From the IMG/VR virus record IMGVR_UViG_3300042894_007218: a DNA stretch of 64,000 nucleotides. The stretch is one strand, 5' to 3'. Below, piece by piece: positions 40,614 to 51,185 of this stretch. This DNA is from an uncultured virus (IMG/VR IMGVR_UViG_3300042894_007218). Taxonomy: Duplodnaviria; Heunggongvirae; Uroviricota; Caudoviricetes. Both the position numbers and the translations under genes were made by a program. The notes under the pieces are model-generated. The model worked only from the letters and a program-made list of their open reading frames with translations, was not told the origin of the DNA and did not search any database. Position 1 is the first letter of the stretch; each line of letters starts with the position of its first letter.

Positions 40614-41714
40614 TTAAGCAACTGTAAGGAAGATTTTTCTAGCAGTTCTGTCTACAGATAGAACTCTAACTTTCAAGTTTTGTTCTGGTTCAAACTTAAC
40701 TTTCCCTAATTTGTCCATTTCTGAACTGTGTATAAGACCAACTGTTTCTTCATCAAGATTAACAAGTGTTCCAAACGGTTTGGTGTCTTTTACTTTACCC
40801 TCGATAATTTGACCGTTTTTAATGTTATCCCAAAGAGATTCTCTTAAAACCTGTGTCAAAATTAACTTAGGTATGTGTCTATCTTTGATGATTTCTTTGA
40901 TGTAAAAAGTAATCTCAAAGCCAGGTTTGATTTCGCTAATACGGTCAGACCAATCTGGATTGATATTAGCTTTGTGAATCATTCCTGTAAGACATTCGTT
41001 GAACTCAACGAATACTCCAAATGGAGTTGTTCCTGTAACGTGACCATCATAGGCTACGTTATATTCGAGTGATTTTACAGCATCTGGAATTAATGATTGT
41101 AAGTATTTTCTTCTACTTACGATATAAGTTCCTTCTTGCTCTGAGTAAGACTCAATCATCACTTCGAATGTTTGACCAACGATTGAAGTTGGGTCATAAA
41201 GTTTATTGATACCAGCAATTGTGTTAGGCATAAATGCTGGAAGAGTTACACCACCGTGTAAAATTTCAACATCATATCCAGCTGGATTCAATGATTTAAT
41301 GTGTGCTGTTACAGAAGCACCTTCTTCAAGTGACTTCAAATTTTGGTGTGCTCTTGATTCATAGAGTTCAGCGATACTTCCTTTGATAAAGAAATCATCA
41401 TTGTTTACATCTATAACAAGCACATCAATAAAGTCGCCTATGTTAACATTTTTTAAGTATTTAGCTTCGGATGCTCGGCTTTCGATTCTGATATCATCCT
41501 TATACCCGGTAACACTTAAAACATATTGGTTTGCTGAAATACCTGTGTATTCAGCAGATACAATGTCGCCTGAATTAGGTATCGACATTTTGATAGAATT
41601 GTAAAGCTTAGAAAGTTCTTCATGTGCTTTACCTTTTTGTCTTGCTTTGAACGATGTGTCGTCGAACAAAAAGTCAAGATCTGGGTTTCCGATTACTGTT
41701 TGTGTCATATTCAT
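40614..41714 (-). CDS. Ribosomal protein S1-like protein (about four S1 domains)
   Basis: GHVTGTTPFGVFVEF...TGMIH, GKVKDTKPFGTLVNL...GLIHSSEM, IVSRR. Confidence 0.8.
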   Translation of the reverse strand: MNMTQTVIGNPDLDFLFDDTSFKARQKGKAHEELSKLYNSIKMSIPNSGDIVSAEYTGISANQYVLSVTGYKDDIRIESRASEAKYLKNVNIGDFIDVLVIDVNNDDFFIKGSIAELYESRAHQNLKSLEEGASVTAHIKSLNPAGYDVEILHGGVTLPAFMPNTIAGINKLYDPTSIVGQTFEVMIESYSEQEGTYIVSRRKYLQSLIPDAVKSLEYNVAYDGHVTGTTPFGVFVEFNECLTGMIHKANINPDWSDRISEIKPGFEITFYIKEIIKDRHIPKLILTQVLRESLWDNIKNGQIIEGKVKDTKPFGTLVNLDEETVGLIHSSEMDKLGKVKFEPEQNLKVRVLSVDRTARKIFLTVA

Positions 41715-41772
41715 ATTTTTAAAAGTTAAAATTTCTATATTAATTAGTTATAAAAGTTGAAGAAAATATAAA

Positions 41773-42159
41773 TTAAAATTTATATTTTCTTTTGAAACCT
41801 CTTGCTAGCATATAGTCTCTAAGGCAAGCGGCTTCTTCATATTTTTCTTGTTTCAAAAGTTTGTCCAATTCTTGATTTAATTCTTTCTCAGTCTCTTTTG
41901 GACTCTTTGGTTTAATTTGATTTGGTTCCAATAGTGATTGGAAATAATCATCCATTTGAGATATTGATGTGAAGTTAAAACTCTTAGAGTTTTTTGTAAG
42001 ATCCAACTCTGATAACTTTGAGCTATTAAGAATATCTTTAATGAATTTATTATTTAAACCTTCTTTTTCTATTAAAAACTTTGCTAAATGATAAGGTCTG
42101 TTTTTGAATAATTTAAGAAGTGTGACTAAATTTTTATAGATGTCATCTTTTTTACTCAT
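41773..42159 (-). CDS. Protein with C-terminal UVR (UvrB/UvrC) motif
   Basis: L..LLKQEKYEEAACLRD. Confidence 0.6.
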   Translation of the reverse strand: MSKKDDIYKNLVTLLKLFKNRPYHLAKFLIEKEGLNNKFIKDILNSSKLSELDLTKNSKSFNFTSISQMDDYFQSLLEPNQIKPKSPKETEKELNQELDKLLKQEKYEEAACLRDYMLARGFKRKYKF

Positions 42160-42188
42160 ATTGTTATTTGATAAAAGAGTGATTAAGT

Positions 42189-42875
42189 TTATAATTTATC
42201 AAAGTAAATATTAAAATAATATTCATAGTTATAAGTTTCACTCGGTTTTTCTTGTTCAAATATTATTGTTATTTTAGATTCATCAGAAGCTGTTTCTGTT
42301 TGAATTTTATTCATTTTTTTATCAGATGTTAATTTTGAATTCCATACATTTTTCCACTTGAGAATATTTTGATTTCTTAAATCTTTATAATCTACAAGTA
42401 ATTCTACTCTATTTAGCTTATACCTATTTCTAACGTTTGTAGTGATATATTTTCTTATAGCAACATTGACATCTTTTTCCAATGTCATGTTATTTTTTAA
42501 ACCTTCAAAGGTTCTATATTTTTTTAAAGACGAAAAAACAAAATCGTTAAAAATTTGATCTAAATTAATATCTAATATCCACTTTGTATTTTTATTCAAT
42601 TGGTATTGTGGTTGAGATTTATCCAAAGTCAATGTGTGGTTATTTTGTTTGTTTGTTGAAGAAGAATATACTATTGATGTCAATGATGATTCAACTGAAA
42701 GGTCAAGTTGCTCATTTGTATCTTTTTGATAGTATATTATATCTTGATTAACAATCTCGATAAAATCTTCTATTTCTAACATTTTTGCGCCAAAAAAATT
42801 AGATTCTTCAACCATATTGAAGGTACCATATACTTTGTTAATTTTAAATTCTGGTGATATATATGTTCTTCTCAT
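42189..42875 (-). CDS. Hypothetical protein, probably structural
   Basis: Start moved to 42875 (MRRTYISP), directly after the upstream stop. Confidence 0.55.
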   Translation of the reverse strand: MRRTYISPEFKINKVYGTFNMVEESNFFGAKMLEIEDFIEIVNQDIIYYQKDTNEQLDLSVESSLTSIVYSSSTNKQNNHTLTLDKSQPQYQLNKNTKWILDINLDQIFNDFVFSSLKKYRTFEGLKNNMTLEKDVNVAIRKYITTNVRNRYKLNRVELLVDYKDLRNQNILKWKNVWNSKLTSDKKMNKIQTETASDESKITIIFEQEKPSETYNYEYYFNIYFDKL

Positions 42876-42876
42876 T

Positions 42877-45800
42877 TTATAAGTTATAATTTTGGTTTTG
42901 ATTTGATTGCACTGGTTGACCAATTGACGTTGTAGAAATTGAACTTAAACCAAAGTTTTCTAATTGTGTAATAAACTGTGGCTTATTTGGTACAGTTTTG
43001 TTATGATATTGTAAATCCCAAGTTGATCTGAATATAAAGAAGTCTTCAAAATCATATCCAAATTCATTTAACATTGGATACATTGATTTGTAGTCAACAA
43101 GTTCATTTAATTTTAAGACTGAGCCATTTTCATTAACTTTTCTAAATTTTCTTTCTTTAATAATACCAAAGTCGGTAAGTGTTGTATCAAATTTATAATT
43201 ACCTGGTAATGAGAATTCAGATTCTTTTGAAAAGATTTGAATATCATAAAAAAGTGGCATGTAATAACCTGTATATCTGTAAAGTATATCATATTGATAA
43301 TTTTTATTACCGTGTAAGTTTTCAAATACTTTTGGTGGAAATTTGTTATCAGTTATTGAATAAGCAATTGGAACTCCACTATACCAATTTAATTGGTCTA
43401 ATGTTTTAATCTTTGAGTTGTTCAACTTTTTTAATGGTTTCAATTGCGATGGTGTTTCAAGTGCGATATAATTCAGTGACTTTAATTTCACTCTCAATTC
43501 ATCTGGTGTTTCACACTTCAGAATGTACGGTAAATTAGTAATGCTGCTATCATAACTATAAGTTGAAATATTTCCTACTTCATCTATTACTGTGTATTTT
43601 ACATAATCAGTAAATCCGTATTTATTTGATAGGTCATTAATTGCTTGAATAAAGTTATAAGCTGTTAGTTTGCCATATAGTTCTGAATAAATTGCATCTC
43701 TTTCAATATTTTTAATATTCGGAAGAGTATTATCATTAATCGCTATGTTAACGAAAACATTTTTCCATTTTTTATTTATGTAGATATTTATACCATTTTC
43801 TAAAGTTGAATTTGTGAAATTACTTTGACAAATATAATATCTATTATTCATCTCAATTATTGGATTATTTGTAGATGTGTAGACTAAATTAGTATCAGGA
43901 ACTAAACTATACACTTTTGTCCAGTAAGGCGATGAACCTGGTGTCTCACCCGCTTCAATACTTAGTGCGTTTGATATGTAGATTGTTTCATTGTGTACTA
44001 CAAGCTCATTCGAAGTTAGTTGATAAATCGTACTAGGATTCCATATGTTTATAGGTTTCCATTTTGGATTACTTGGCTCGGTTGTTTTTTGCCAGAATTG
44101 TTTAAATGTTTTTGTCGCGTTTAATGTTTCATACCAAGGTTTTATATATTCTGGTGAAAAATTATTACTTGCTGTTAATGACTCGTACCAATCGCCTTTA
44201 AATAAAACGACATCACCTAAGCTATAACCTACAAAACTTTTGGCTATTTCTGGGTTCCAAAAATCAACACCCGTTAGATCGTAATGATAGTAATATTCTC
44301 CATTATTGAAAATATAGTCTCCTATTGAATAGGTTACGCCTAATAATCCAACTGATTTTTGTGGTGACCAAAAAATGTTTCCAGTTGGATCATAGTAATC
44401 CCATTCTGTTAGGTTGTGAGGTGCTGACTTTATTTTCTTACCCCAAAGTTGTACTATAGGTTTTTGTGAAGTTATCTCATCAATATAAACATTTGATGTG
44501 TAAAGAACATCTTCAAAAACTACTATTGATGAAGTTGCGTATTCTTTATCCATCTGCCATTGTTCGGCAGTCTTCCACTCTAAATCATTTGAGGTAAAAT
44601 TATCTGTGTGACATATACTCCCTGTGCAACCAATTGATAAAGACTTTGATTTAAAATATGAATTATATGAAAGATTAGCAATGCTTACATTAACCCAACC
44701 ACTACCCACTGGATAGTCACCTGTTTCATCTAAGTAAGCTAATTGTGAAGATGGTGTACCTGATATAAATGTTGTCCAAAGTTTCCACTTTGTGTCTATA
44801 TCATCCCAGAGTGCATAAGCAACAGGTGATGTGTTTGAATAAAGAGTATAGTAAAATTTAGAATTATAGTATGTATTTGATTTAGTTGCAATATATTCAA
44901 TTGAATTAGTTGGTTGTGTTAGTGTAAAATAAATTGGTGCAGTAGTTAAATCATCATTTAAAGCAATACTATTATCAAAGTCCCAATTAGGCTCGTCATA
45001 AATTGTATAACTTCCTGTGAAACAATTTGATGTTATTTCTACTACATCACCTGGATTTAAAGTTTGTAAATAATATTGTGGTATAGAAATTCTATTTTCG
45101 AGTTTAGAAAAACAAACATCACAAAGTGATAAAGTTCCAGCAATTTGATTTGTGACTTCATCTACTATTACTAAATAGACATATGGCATCGATACTGTTG
45201 CTGATACTACTTTATATGAAGTTGTTGCGCCAAGAATATTCAAATACCATCCAACGTAATTTGTTAGAGTTAAGTCATCTGAAAAATAAGAACCACTTGG
45301 TGCATTCCAAGTCAACATACAACTTGGTGGTGTGGCGTTAAAACAAACTGTGTCTATAATCTTTTGTTGAATTTCTAAATTAAAACAAGTTTCTTGTGTA
45401 AAATCTTCTTTGTTTTCCGATAACAATATCGAAAATTTATAATCTTCAAAGGTGTTTGAGTTTTTCACATTTATATTTTCTATCTCACCTGATGAATTTA
45501 ATTTAACGCTTTCAACATCATATAATCTAAATTCAATTCCTCTAAACAAAGAGATATTTGGTATAGCGGAATCTCCTTTATTAAATTGAGAAAACTTTTT
45601 AACATTTTTTGAAATTTGACCAGCGTTGAATTTACTCTTTCTTTCAAAGAATGAAGTAAAGTAATCAAATGAATAAGTTGCAGATGAAGTTCCTACTGAG
45701 TATGTTGATATATTTAAATATTTATCTAACTCAAATTTGTAAGAATTGTCAATACTTACATCGTTTATTTTTTCCACATGTAAACTGTGATGTAAATAAG

Positions 45801-47676
45801 ACCACGTTGATGAATTTATACTATAAAAATAATCTAAATTTCTCTCAATTCTTTTTGGTTCTGGATCAAATGGATTTGTAGTTCTATTATAATCTTCAAA
45901 TATTAAAGAATTATTTAATAGATAAGGAACATCATTTCCTGACAATGAGTTTTGATATGCCCATCTACAATAAACAGCATTTTTTCTCCATATTACAGAT
46001 AAATCCTCATTTTCGATTTTGAATGTTTCTAAGTTTGCTGTGTATTCAGACGCAACTGGTATGTTTACTACTTCATCATTAAATATAAAATCATCTAATT
46101 CTTTTGGATTAGTGTCTGTTGAATAATTTTCAAGATACATTTTTGTTTCGTCGGTAAATGTCAACTCACTTTCTTTTTCATACTCAAATTTTGAATATTC
46201 AGTGTCTACAATTCTATCATCAAAATCCTTTATATCTGAAAATTTTAACTTATAGATACTAAATTTCTTTGGCGGATTGTTAAAATCTACTACAAAACTC
46301 ACTGTAAATTCATTTCCAGAAACTTTATATTTATAGTAATTTTCTGTGAATGTGAACGAGTAGTCGCTGTTCAATTTTAGTACACCATTATCAATTATTA
46401 GATTATGATAAATTCCGTTAACTTCAATTATCCACACATCTGCTGAATCAAAATCACTAATTATAATATCTTGTGAGTCATAATCAATTAGTGAATTATC
46501 TGTATCTATAATACCATAGTTTTTATTAATTTCAGATTGTTTTCCTGTTAGGTCTAAATCGGATAAAATTCTATATTTTATTAAATAGTTTTCTACAACT
46601 TGTTCTTGATTAAAACCATTTGATTGTACTGGTTGTAAAGTAGAGCCAGTGCTTTCTGTAAATCTTTCTACTTGATAATACTCACCGTTGTATTCTACAT
46701 AAAAGGGTCTGTTTGTTGAAAAACCTTCAACAAATGGATCTTCATTTGTTGGTGAGAAAAGAATATTATTTTCTAAAATAACTACGTCGCCTTTTAAAAA
46801 TGGAGTAATATATGGTGAAATAGTTTTTACCAATTCCATATCATCTAAGTAAAAACCAAAGTATCTATTTAAAGACCATTTTTTTACAGTCTCTGGAGTT
46901 GATGGTGTGTCATCAAATAGAAAAGAAAAATTAATGATATTTGGAAATACAACTTTATTAGTTTTCCAACAATCAAATACAAATTTTTCTAATTCAAAAA
47001 TTTCCTTTTCTTCATCAAGTATATCATCTATGAATAAAGATTTAGTCATATAGCCACCTCTATCATAGTCAATACCATTCCATTTACAAAATTCTAAACT
47101 TCTAAAATCTATTTCTATCGGTGTGTCTGGAAAATAAGAATTATTTTTAAAATTTAATTCTAACCACTCTCCCAAAACTGAAGATTTTTCTAAATCAAAT
47201 AGTTTTACTGTTTTAAATTTTCTAAGAATTTTTTCTGAAAAATTACTTTTTGTTAATAATTCAATACCAGCTCCATCAACTCTAAAAATTATAAACTTTT
47301 TTGGAAGTGAGCTAGGATTTATATAAAGTGGTGCAAAATACTCGTATTCTTCAATATAATTTTTATTATTTATGATATTTCTTGCGCCATATTGATAAAT
47401 CTCATCATATTGAATTTCATAACTATCAATCATAGTAGAGTTATCATCATCATACTTTATCTCATATGCTAATTCTGACGGAAAATCTTTAAAGAAGTAA
47501 CTGAAAAGTTCATCATAATAATTTTTTTTATTGAACTTAACTTTTTTAAATCTTGTGGCTGATAAATTTGCATTAGAGTCAATACTATCCATGCTGAGTT
47601 CATAATTTGAATCAACCATTATTTTTAGATTAGTAGTTAACCCTACATTAGTTCTTAGTATGCCAAAACTCTTCAT
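42877..47676 (-). CDS. Very large virion structural protein with W....Y..G..V repeats (possibly CBM5/12-like)
   Basis: 1599 aa; aromatic repeat modules in the C-terminal half. Confidence 0.55.
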   Translation of the reverse strand: MKSFGILRTNVGLTTNLKIMVDSNYELSMDSIDSNANLSATRFKKVKFNKKNYYDELFSYFFKDFPSELAYEIKYDDDNSTMIDSYEIQYDEIYQYGARNIINNKNYIEEYEYFAPLYINPSSLPKKFIIFRVDGAGIELLTKSNFSEKILRKFKTVKLFDLEKSSVLGEWLELNFKNNSYFPDTPIEIDFRSLEFCKWNGIDYDRGGYMTKSLFIDDILDEEKEIFELEKFVFDCWKTNKVVFPNIINFSFLFDDTPSTPETVKKWSLNRYFGFYLDDMELVKTISPYITPFLKGDVVILENNILFSPTNEDPFVEGFSTNRPFYVEYNGEYYQVERFTESTGSTLQPVQSNGFNQEQVVENYLIKYRILSDLDLTGKQSEINKNYGIIDTDNSLIDYDSQDIIISDFDSADVWIIEVNGIYHNLIIDNGVLKLNSDYSFTFTENYYKYKVSGNEFTVSFVVDFNNPPKKFSIYKLKFSDIKDFDDRIVDTEYSKFEYEKESELTFTDETKMYLENYSTDTNPKELDDFIFNDEVVNIPVASEYTANLETFKIENEDLSVIWRKNAVYCRWAYQNSLSGNDVPYLLNNSLIFEDYNRTTNPFDPEPKRIERNLDYFYSINSSTWSYLHHSLHVEKINDVSIDNSYKFELDKYLNISTYSVGTSSATYSFDYFTSFFERKSKFNAGQISKNVKKFSQFNKGDSAIPNISLFRGIEFRLYDVESVKLNSSGEIENINVKNSNTFEDYKFSILLSENKEDFTQETCFNLEIQQKIIDTVCFNATPPSCMLTWNAPSGSYFSDDLTLTNYVGWYLNILGATTSYKVVSATVSMPYVYLVIVDEVTNQIAGTLSLCDVCFSKLENRISIPQYYLQTLNPGDVVEITSNCFTGSYTIYDEPNWDFDNSIALNDDLTTAPIYFTLTQPTNSIEYIATKSNTYYNSKFYYTLYSNTSPVAYALWDDIDTKWKLWTTFISGTPSSQLAYLDETGDYPVGSGWVNVSIANLSYNSYFKSKSLSIGCTGSICHTDNFTSNDLEWKTAEQWQMDKEYATSSIVVFEDVLYTSNVYIDEITSQKPIVQLWGKKIKSAPHNLTEWDYYDPTGNIFWSPQKSVGLLGVTYSIGDYIFNNGEYYYHYDLTGVDFWNPEIAKSFVGYSLGDVVLFKGDWYESLTASNNFSPEYIKPWYETLNATKTFKQFWQKTTEPSNPKWKPINIWNPSTIYQLTSNELVVHNETIYISNALSIEAGETPGSSPYWTKVYSLVPDTNLVYTSTNNPIIEMNNRYYICQSNFTNSTLENGINIYINKKWKNVFVNIAINDNTLPNIKNIERDAIYSELYGKLTAYNFIQAINDLSNKYGFTDYVKYTVIDEVGNISTYSYDSSITNLPYILKCETPDELRVKLKSLNYIALETPSQLKPLKKLNNSKIKTLDQLNWYSGVPIAYSITDNKFPPKVFENLHGNKNYQYDILYRYTGYYMPLFYDIQIFSKESEFSLPGNYKFDTTLTDFGIIKERKFRKVNENGSVLKLNELVDYKSMYPMLNEFGYDFEDFFIFRSTWDLQYHNKTVPNKPQFITQLENFGLSSISTTSIGQPVQSNQNQNYNL

Positions 47677-50600
47677 TATTTAACCTGTATATTTGTAGCT
47701 TGTGTTGTTTTCTTTATAATAACTTTGTTTCTGTTTATATTGAATTTTAAAGTAAATATAAACGGTCTATTTTCAGCCTCGTTTTCTAATAAAAATTTAA
47801 CCTTCTTAATGTGTTTTACAGTTTTTTGAGAGTTATTTAAATTAATATACTGGTAGTTTAGACCTGTCTGATTAGAGTCTAAAGCATTCATTTTAAAGTA
47901 AATATTAAGTGGTAAAACAATTGAACTAGTGTCACCTGGATTAATTGTTTTAACTTTATCAGAATTTGTTTCTGTAATTAATTCCAAATCTTTAACTACT
48001 GGGTGAATAGATGTTAGCAATTTATTAGTAGATGCGACCGACACAGTAGTATCAATCCATTTTGCTGGGTCTAATAGCGATTTATTATTTCCAACAAATG
48101 ATAATATTGATGTCTCTGCATATCCTACATTGTATTCTGTTGATGAAAGAATTGATGTGATTGAATTAGAGTTATTTGTTGAAAATAAATTTCCTACATT
48201 TTCTGATAATTTTGAAACTGTGTTGGAAGTAATTGAATCGTAATTTACCATCCATAAAAATTGATTACTTAATTGTGTTCTAGTTTGACCTGTGATGTCT
48301 GATGTTATTAATTCATCTTGATCATTTACAAAGAATGTTTGAGGTGCTGTAGTATTGTATACGTCTGGATTTTGTAAATATGTTCTATTTGAAAGTAAAC
48401 CAAGAGCTGATTCTTGTGCTTTGTTTCTTACTTTTATTACAAAGTCTTTTATTACATAAATACCGTTTTCATAAATTCTACCAGATGGTACACCTTGACC
48501 AGAGAATTTGTCTAAATAGTCTTCACATTCAATATTGAATATAGTTTCAGAACCATTACTAATAATAAATTCTTGATTATTTCTAAGAACAACAACTTCA
48601 AGTTCGCCTTTAGCTCTTCTGATTTTCTCTTCTAAGGATATAATTCTATCTTGAAGTGATTTTAAATATTCAAATAAGTCAAGTGCGACACCATTTTCGT
48701 CTTTAAAACCTGAAATAATTTTTGTTGCATCGTGATGAAACACTTTACTGTTTATCGTAATTGTATCCGATAAGTGTTCATCAAGTCCTTTTGCTGAAAG
48801 TTCATTAGACATACTTACTTTTAAATCCTCCTTAGTAGCCTCTTGGAGTATAAAGTCATTTTCATTTATAACATTATTTAAGTCATCTGGAAAATCTACT
48901 GTAAGAATTTCTGACCAGTCAGATTCAACCGGTGACTCTGGCCAACCAACTTCTGAAATTGACTTTACTCTGAATTCAACTCTTTCTCCCTGTTGAATTG
49001 AAATATCAATTTGATTAATATTTGGTGTTTCTGCACTTTCCAAATCTTCAATTTCCCAAAAATATTCACCAGTTGACGGATCGAAAGTTCTTTTTCTTGC
49101 GTCTGTTTTGAATTCTGTCCAGTTTGAAAAGGCTGCTTTAGATTGGAGACCATCAACTTGATATTGTTCAATTGGTGTTTCTTGACCACTTTGACTTACA
49201 TATCTGTATTGAACTCTAAATTGAACAATCTCTTGTGGTTTAGTTCCTCTTGTGGCAACTGCTTCTGGCATAGACCAAAATCCTCTAACTCTAAATTTCG
49301 GCTCAGTTTTACTCTGTGGATTTTTTGCCAAAGTAATTATTTCCTGAGCTAATGTTGCTAACAATTTAGATTTAGAATCTTTTTTCTTAGTTAAATCTTC
49401 TATTTCTAATTTTGATTGTTTCTTTTGATTCTCGTTAGCAAACTTTACAAATTTCATCTTTTTATTTCTATCTGTAATAGCAGCATCAATTTGACTTACT
49501 TCAGACTTTAATGAGTTTTGATAGTTATATTTTTGTTTAATTAAATTTGCATCCGGTGTATCAGTTAAATGTTTATTAATTTGAACAACTTTAAAATTGT
49601 CTAAATTTAATGTTGGTGAAGTTGGTGTACCTGCTAATGAATTGGGTGTTTTTTTAGCAACTAAGTCTTTAAGTGCAATTCCATAATCATACACATAGTC
49701 TATATAGAATTGTTCCATAGTTAAACCGTTAGCCGGAGATTCTGATGAAAGTCTTAAATCATTTGTATAGAAACCTGTTCCTAAACTCCATCTTTTAGCA
49801 ACTAAATTATTGTCCGCGTTAACTGGTTTTACGAAAATAACATTTCTTTCATTATAGCCAATACTTACTTTTACTAATTTAGTATAAACTACCGGTGAGT
49901 AAATTTTAAGAGTTCCTATTCCAACTGGAATTGGCTCAATACCTTCAACTCTTTCAAATCTTGCTCTTGGATTAGATTCAGCTGTTGATATTTCGATTAC
50001 TTTATAACGAGTAGCCGATTTTGCTGTATTTATAATTACTTCATCACCTAATGATAATTGTTTTACTTCTGTTGAATCAACTACAATATAATCTAATCTA
50101 TCTAAAACATACCATAGTTTTCTGTTAATTCTATCTTCTTGTATTCTTAATACGGAAAATTCACCATCATAAAGTAAATTATTTGGCTCTAAATCAAATA
50201 CTTGTTCATCAAATTTTGGATTTAACGGTTCAACAAGTCCGTTTGTTGTTGTGTGCCATTCTTCGAATTCAGCGTAGACAATATTCGAATTGTTTCTAAA
50301 TCTATCATTAAAGCTATTTAAGGCAGACTGACCAAGTGGTGTCAAAGTACCATCAACATTTTTTGCAAAATCTACAATAAATCTTCTAACTTGACACTTT
50401 CTAACATTATCTTCAATTTTTCCAGATAAATCAATTTCAACAGAAACCATTGGATCCATCAATGCGTCAAAAAACCAATTTGGTGTTGATTTAAAATTTT
50501 CAAAAGTACCTAAAGTTCCGATTGGTAGGGGTTCTCTATTTAAGTCAACTGTTATAATTTTCTTAAATTTATTTTGATTTGATGTCTGTATCATCGCGCC

Positions 50601-50843
50601 AGCCGCATCTATACTATAAAGTGAATTGATATTGTTGTTAAGTCTATCTATTTCAGCTTTCAGTGATGTAAATGAAGGCATAGTGAAGTTTCTTAAAACA
50701 CCCTCATCATCTATTATTTGTACACTAACAGTTGAATCTGGTGTGGTTGTCGCTGAATCTATTTTTGATAAGATATCAACTATGTTTTTATTAAAAGTAA
50801 TTACTTGATCAGCTACTCTGGGAAATGAACTTTGAATTGCCAT
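47676..50843 (-). CDS. Large virion structural protein with coiled coil and FN3-like segment
   Basis: 1055 aa; EFRVKSISEVGWP...SDWSE. Confidence 0.5.
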   Translation of the reverse strand: MAIQSSFPRVADQVITFNKNIVDILSKIDSATTTPDSTVSVQIIDDEGVLRNFTMPSFTSLKAEIDRLNNNINSLYSIDAAGAMIQTSNQNKFKKIITVDLNREPLPIGTLGTFENFKSTPNWFFDALMDPMVSVEIDLSGKIEDNVRKCQVRRFIVDFAKNVDGTLTPLGQSALNSFNDRFRNNSNIVYAEFEEWHTTTNGLVEPLNPKFDEQVFDLEPNNLLYDGEFSVLRIQEDRINRKLWYVLDRLDYIVVDSTEVKQLSLGDEVIINTAKSATRYKVIEISTAESNPRARFERVEGIEPIPVGIGTLKIYSPVVYTKLVKVSIGYNERNVIFVKPVNADNNLVAKRWSLGTGFYTNDLRLSSESPANGLTMEQFYIDYVYDYGIALKDLVAKKTPNSLAGTPTSPTLNLDNFKVVQINKHLTDTPDANLIKQKYNYQNSLKSEVSQIDAAITDRNKKMKFVKFANENQKKQSKLEIEDLTKKKDSKSKLLATLAQEIITLAKNPQSKTEPKFRVRGFWSMPEAVATRGTKPQEIVQFRVQYRYVSQSGQETPIEQYQVDGLQSKAAFSNWTEFKTDARKRTFDPSTGEYFWEIEDLESAETPNINQIDISIQQGERVEFRVKSISEVGWPESPVESDWSEILTVDFPDDLNNVINENDFILQEATKEDLKVSMSNELSAKGLDEHLSDTITINSKVFHHDATKIISGFKDENGVALDLFEYLKSLQDRIISLEEKIRRAKGELEVVVLRNNQEFIISNGSETIFNIECEDYLDKFSGQGVPSGRIYENGIYVIKDFVIKVRNKAQESALGLLSNRTYLQNPDVYNTTAPQTFFVNDQDELITSDITGQTRTQLSNQFLWMVNYDSITSNTVSKLSENVGNLFSTNNSNSITSILSSTEYNVGYAETSILSFVGNNKSLLDPAKWIDTTVSVASTNKLLTSIHPVVKDLELITETNSDKVKTINPGDTSSIVLPLNIYFKMNALDSNQTGLNYQYINLNNSQKTVKHIKKVKFLLENEAENRPFIFTLKFNINRNKVIIKKTTQATNIQVK

Positions 50844-50889
50844 TTTATTTTCTATGATTTTTTGTTATATATTAATTTTCACTAGTTTC

Positions 50890-50920
50890 TTTGATGTTAG
50901 TTTATTAATTTTTATATTTG
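50890..50920 (+). promoter_or_regulatory. Bacteroidota sigma-A promoter
   Basis: TTTG (50890-93), 19 nt spacer, TATATTTG (50913-20). Confidence 0.7.
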
Positions 50921-50925
50921 TTATT

Positions 50926-51162
50926 ATGAAGATTTGGACAGTAACATTTAATGATGGTGGTTGGTATAGTTCTCGACCAGAGTATCAAACAGTGGCTGAA
51001 ACAGCACAGGAGGCTATCAATAAAGTTTTAGAGGAAAATGTGCAATATAAAAATGGATATGACGCTTGGGCTGTAGAATTCAAAATTCCCGGATATGTTA
51101 TTGAAGTTTATGATGAGAGAACATATAAACGTGAAAAGAATTTTAAAAATCTTGATATTTAA
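50926..51162 (+). CDS. Hypothetical protein
   Basis: Start moved to 50926, downstream of the promoter; ends REKNFKNLDI. Confidence 0.55.
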   Translation: MKIWTVTFNDGGWYSSRPEYQTVAETAQEAINKVLEENVQYKNGYDAWAVEFKIPGYVIEVYDERTYKREKNFKNLDI

Positions 51163-51185
51163 AATAAATTTACTATCTTTGTATT

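Noticed and set aside
50854..50925. Hydrophobic N-terminal extension of ORF 50854
   Set aside because: It overlaps a full promoter consensus and divergent intergenic DNA; the start is more likely 50926.
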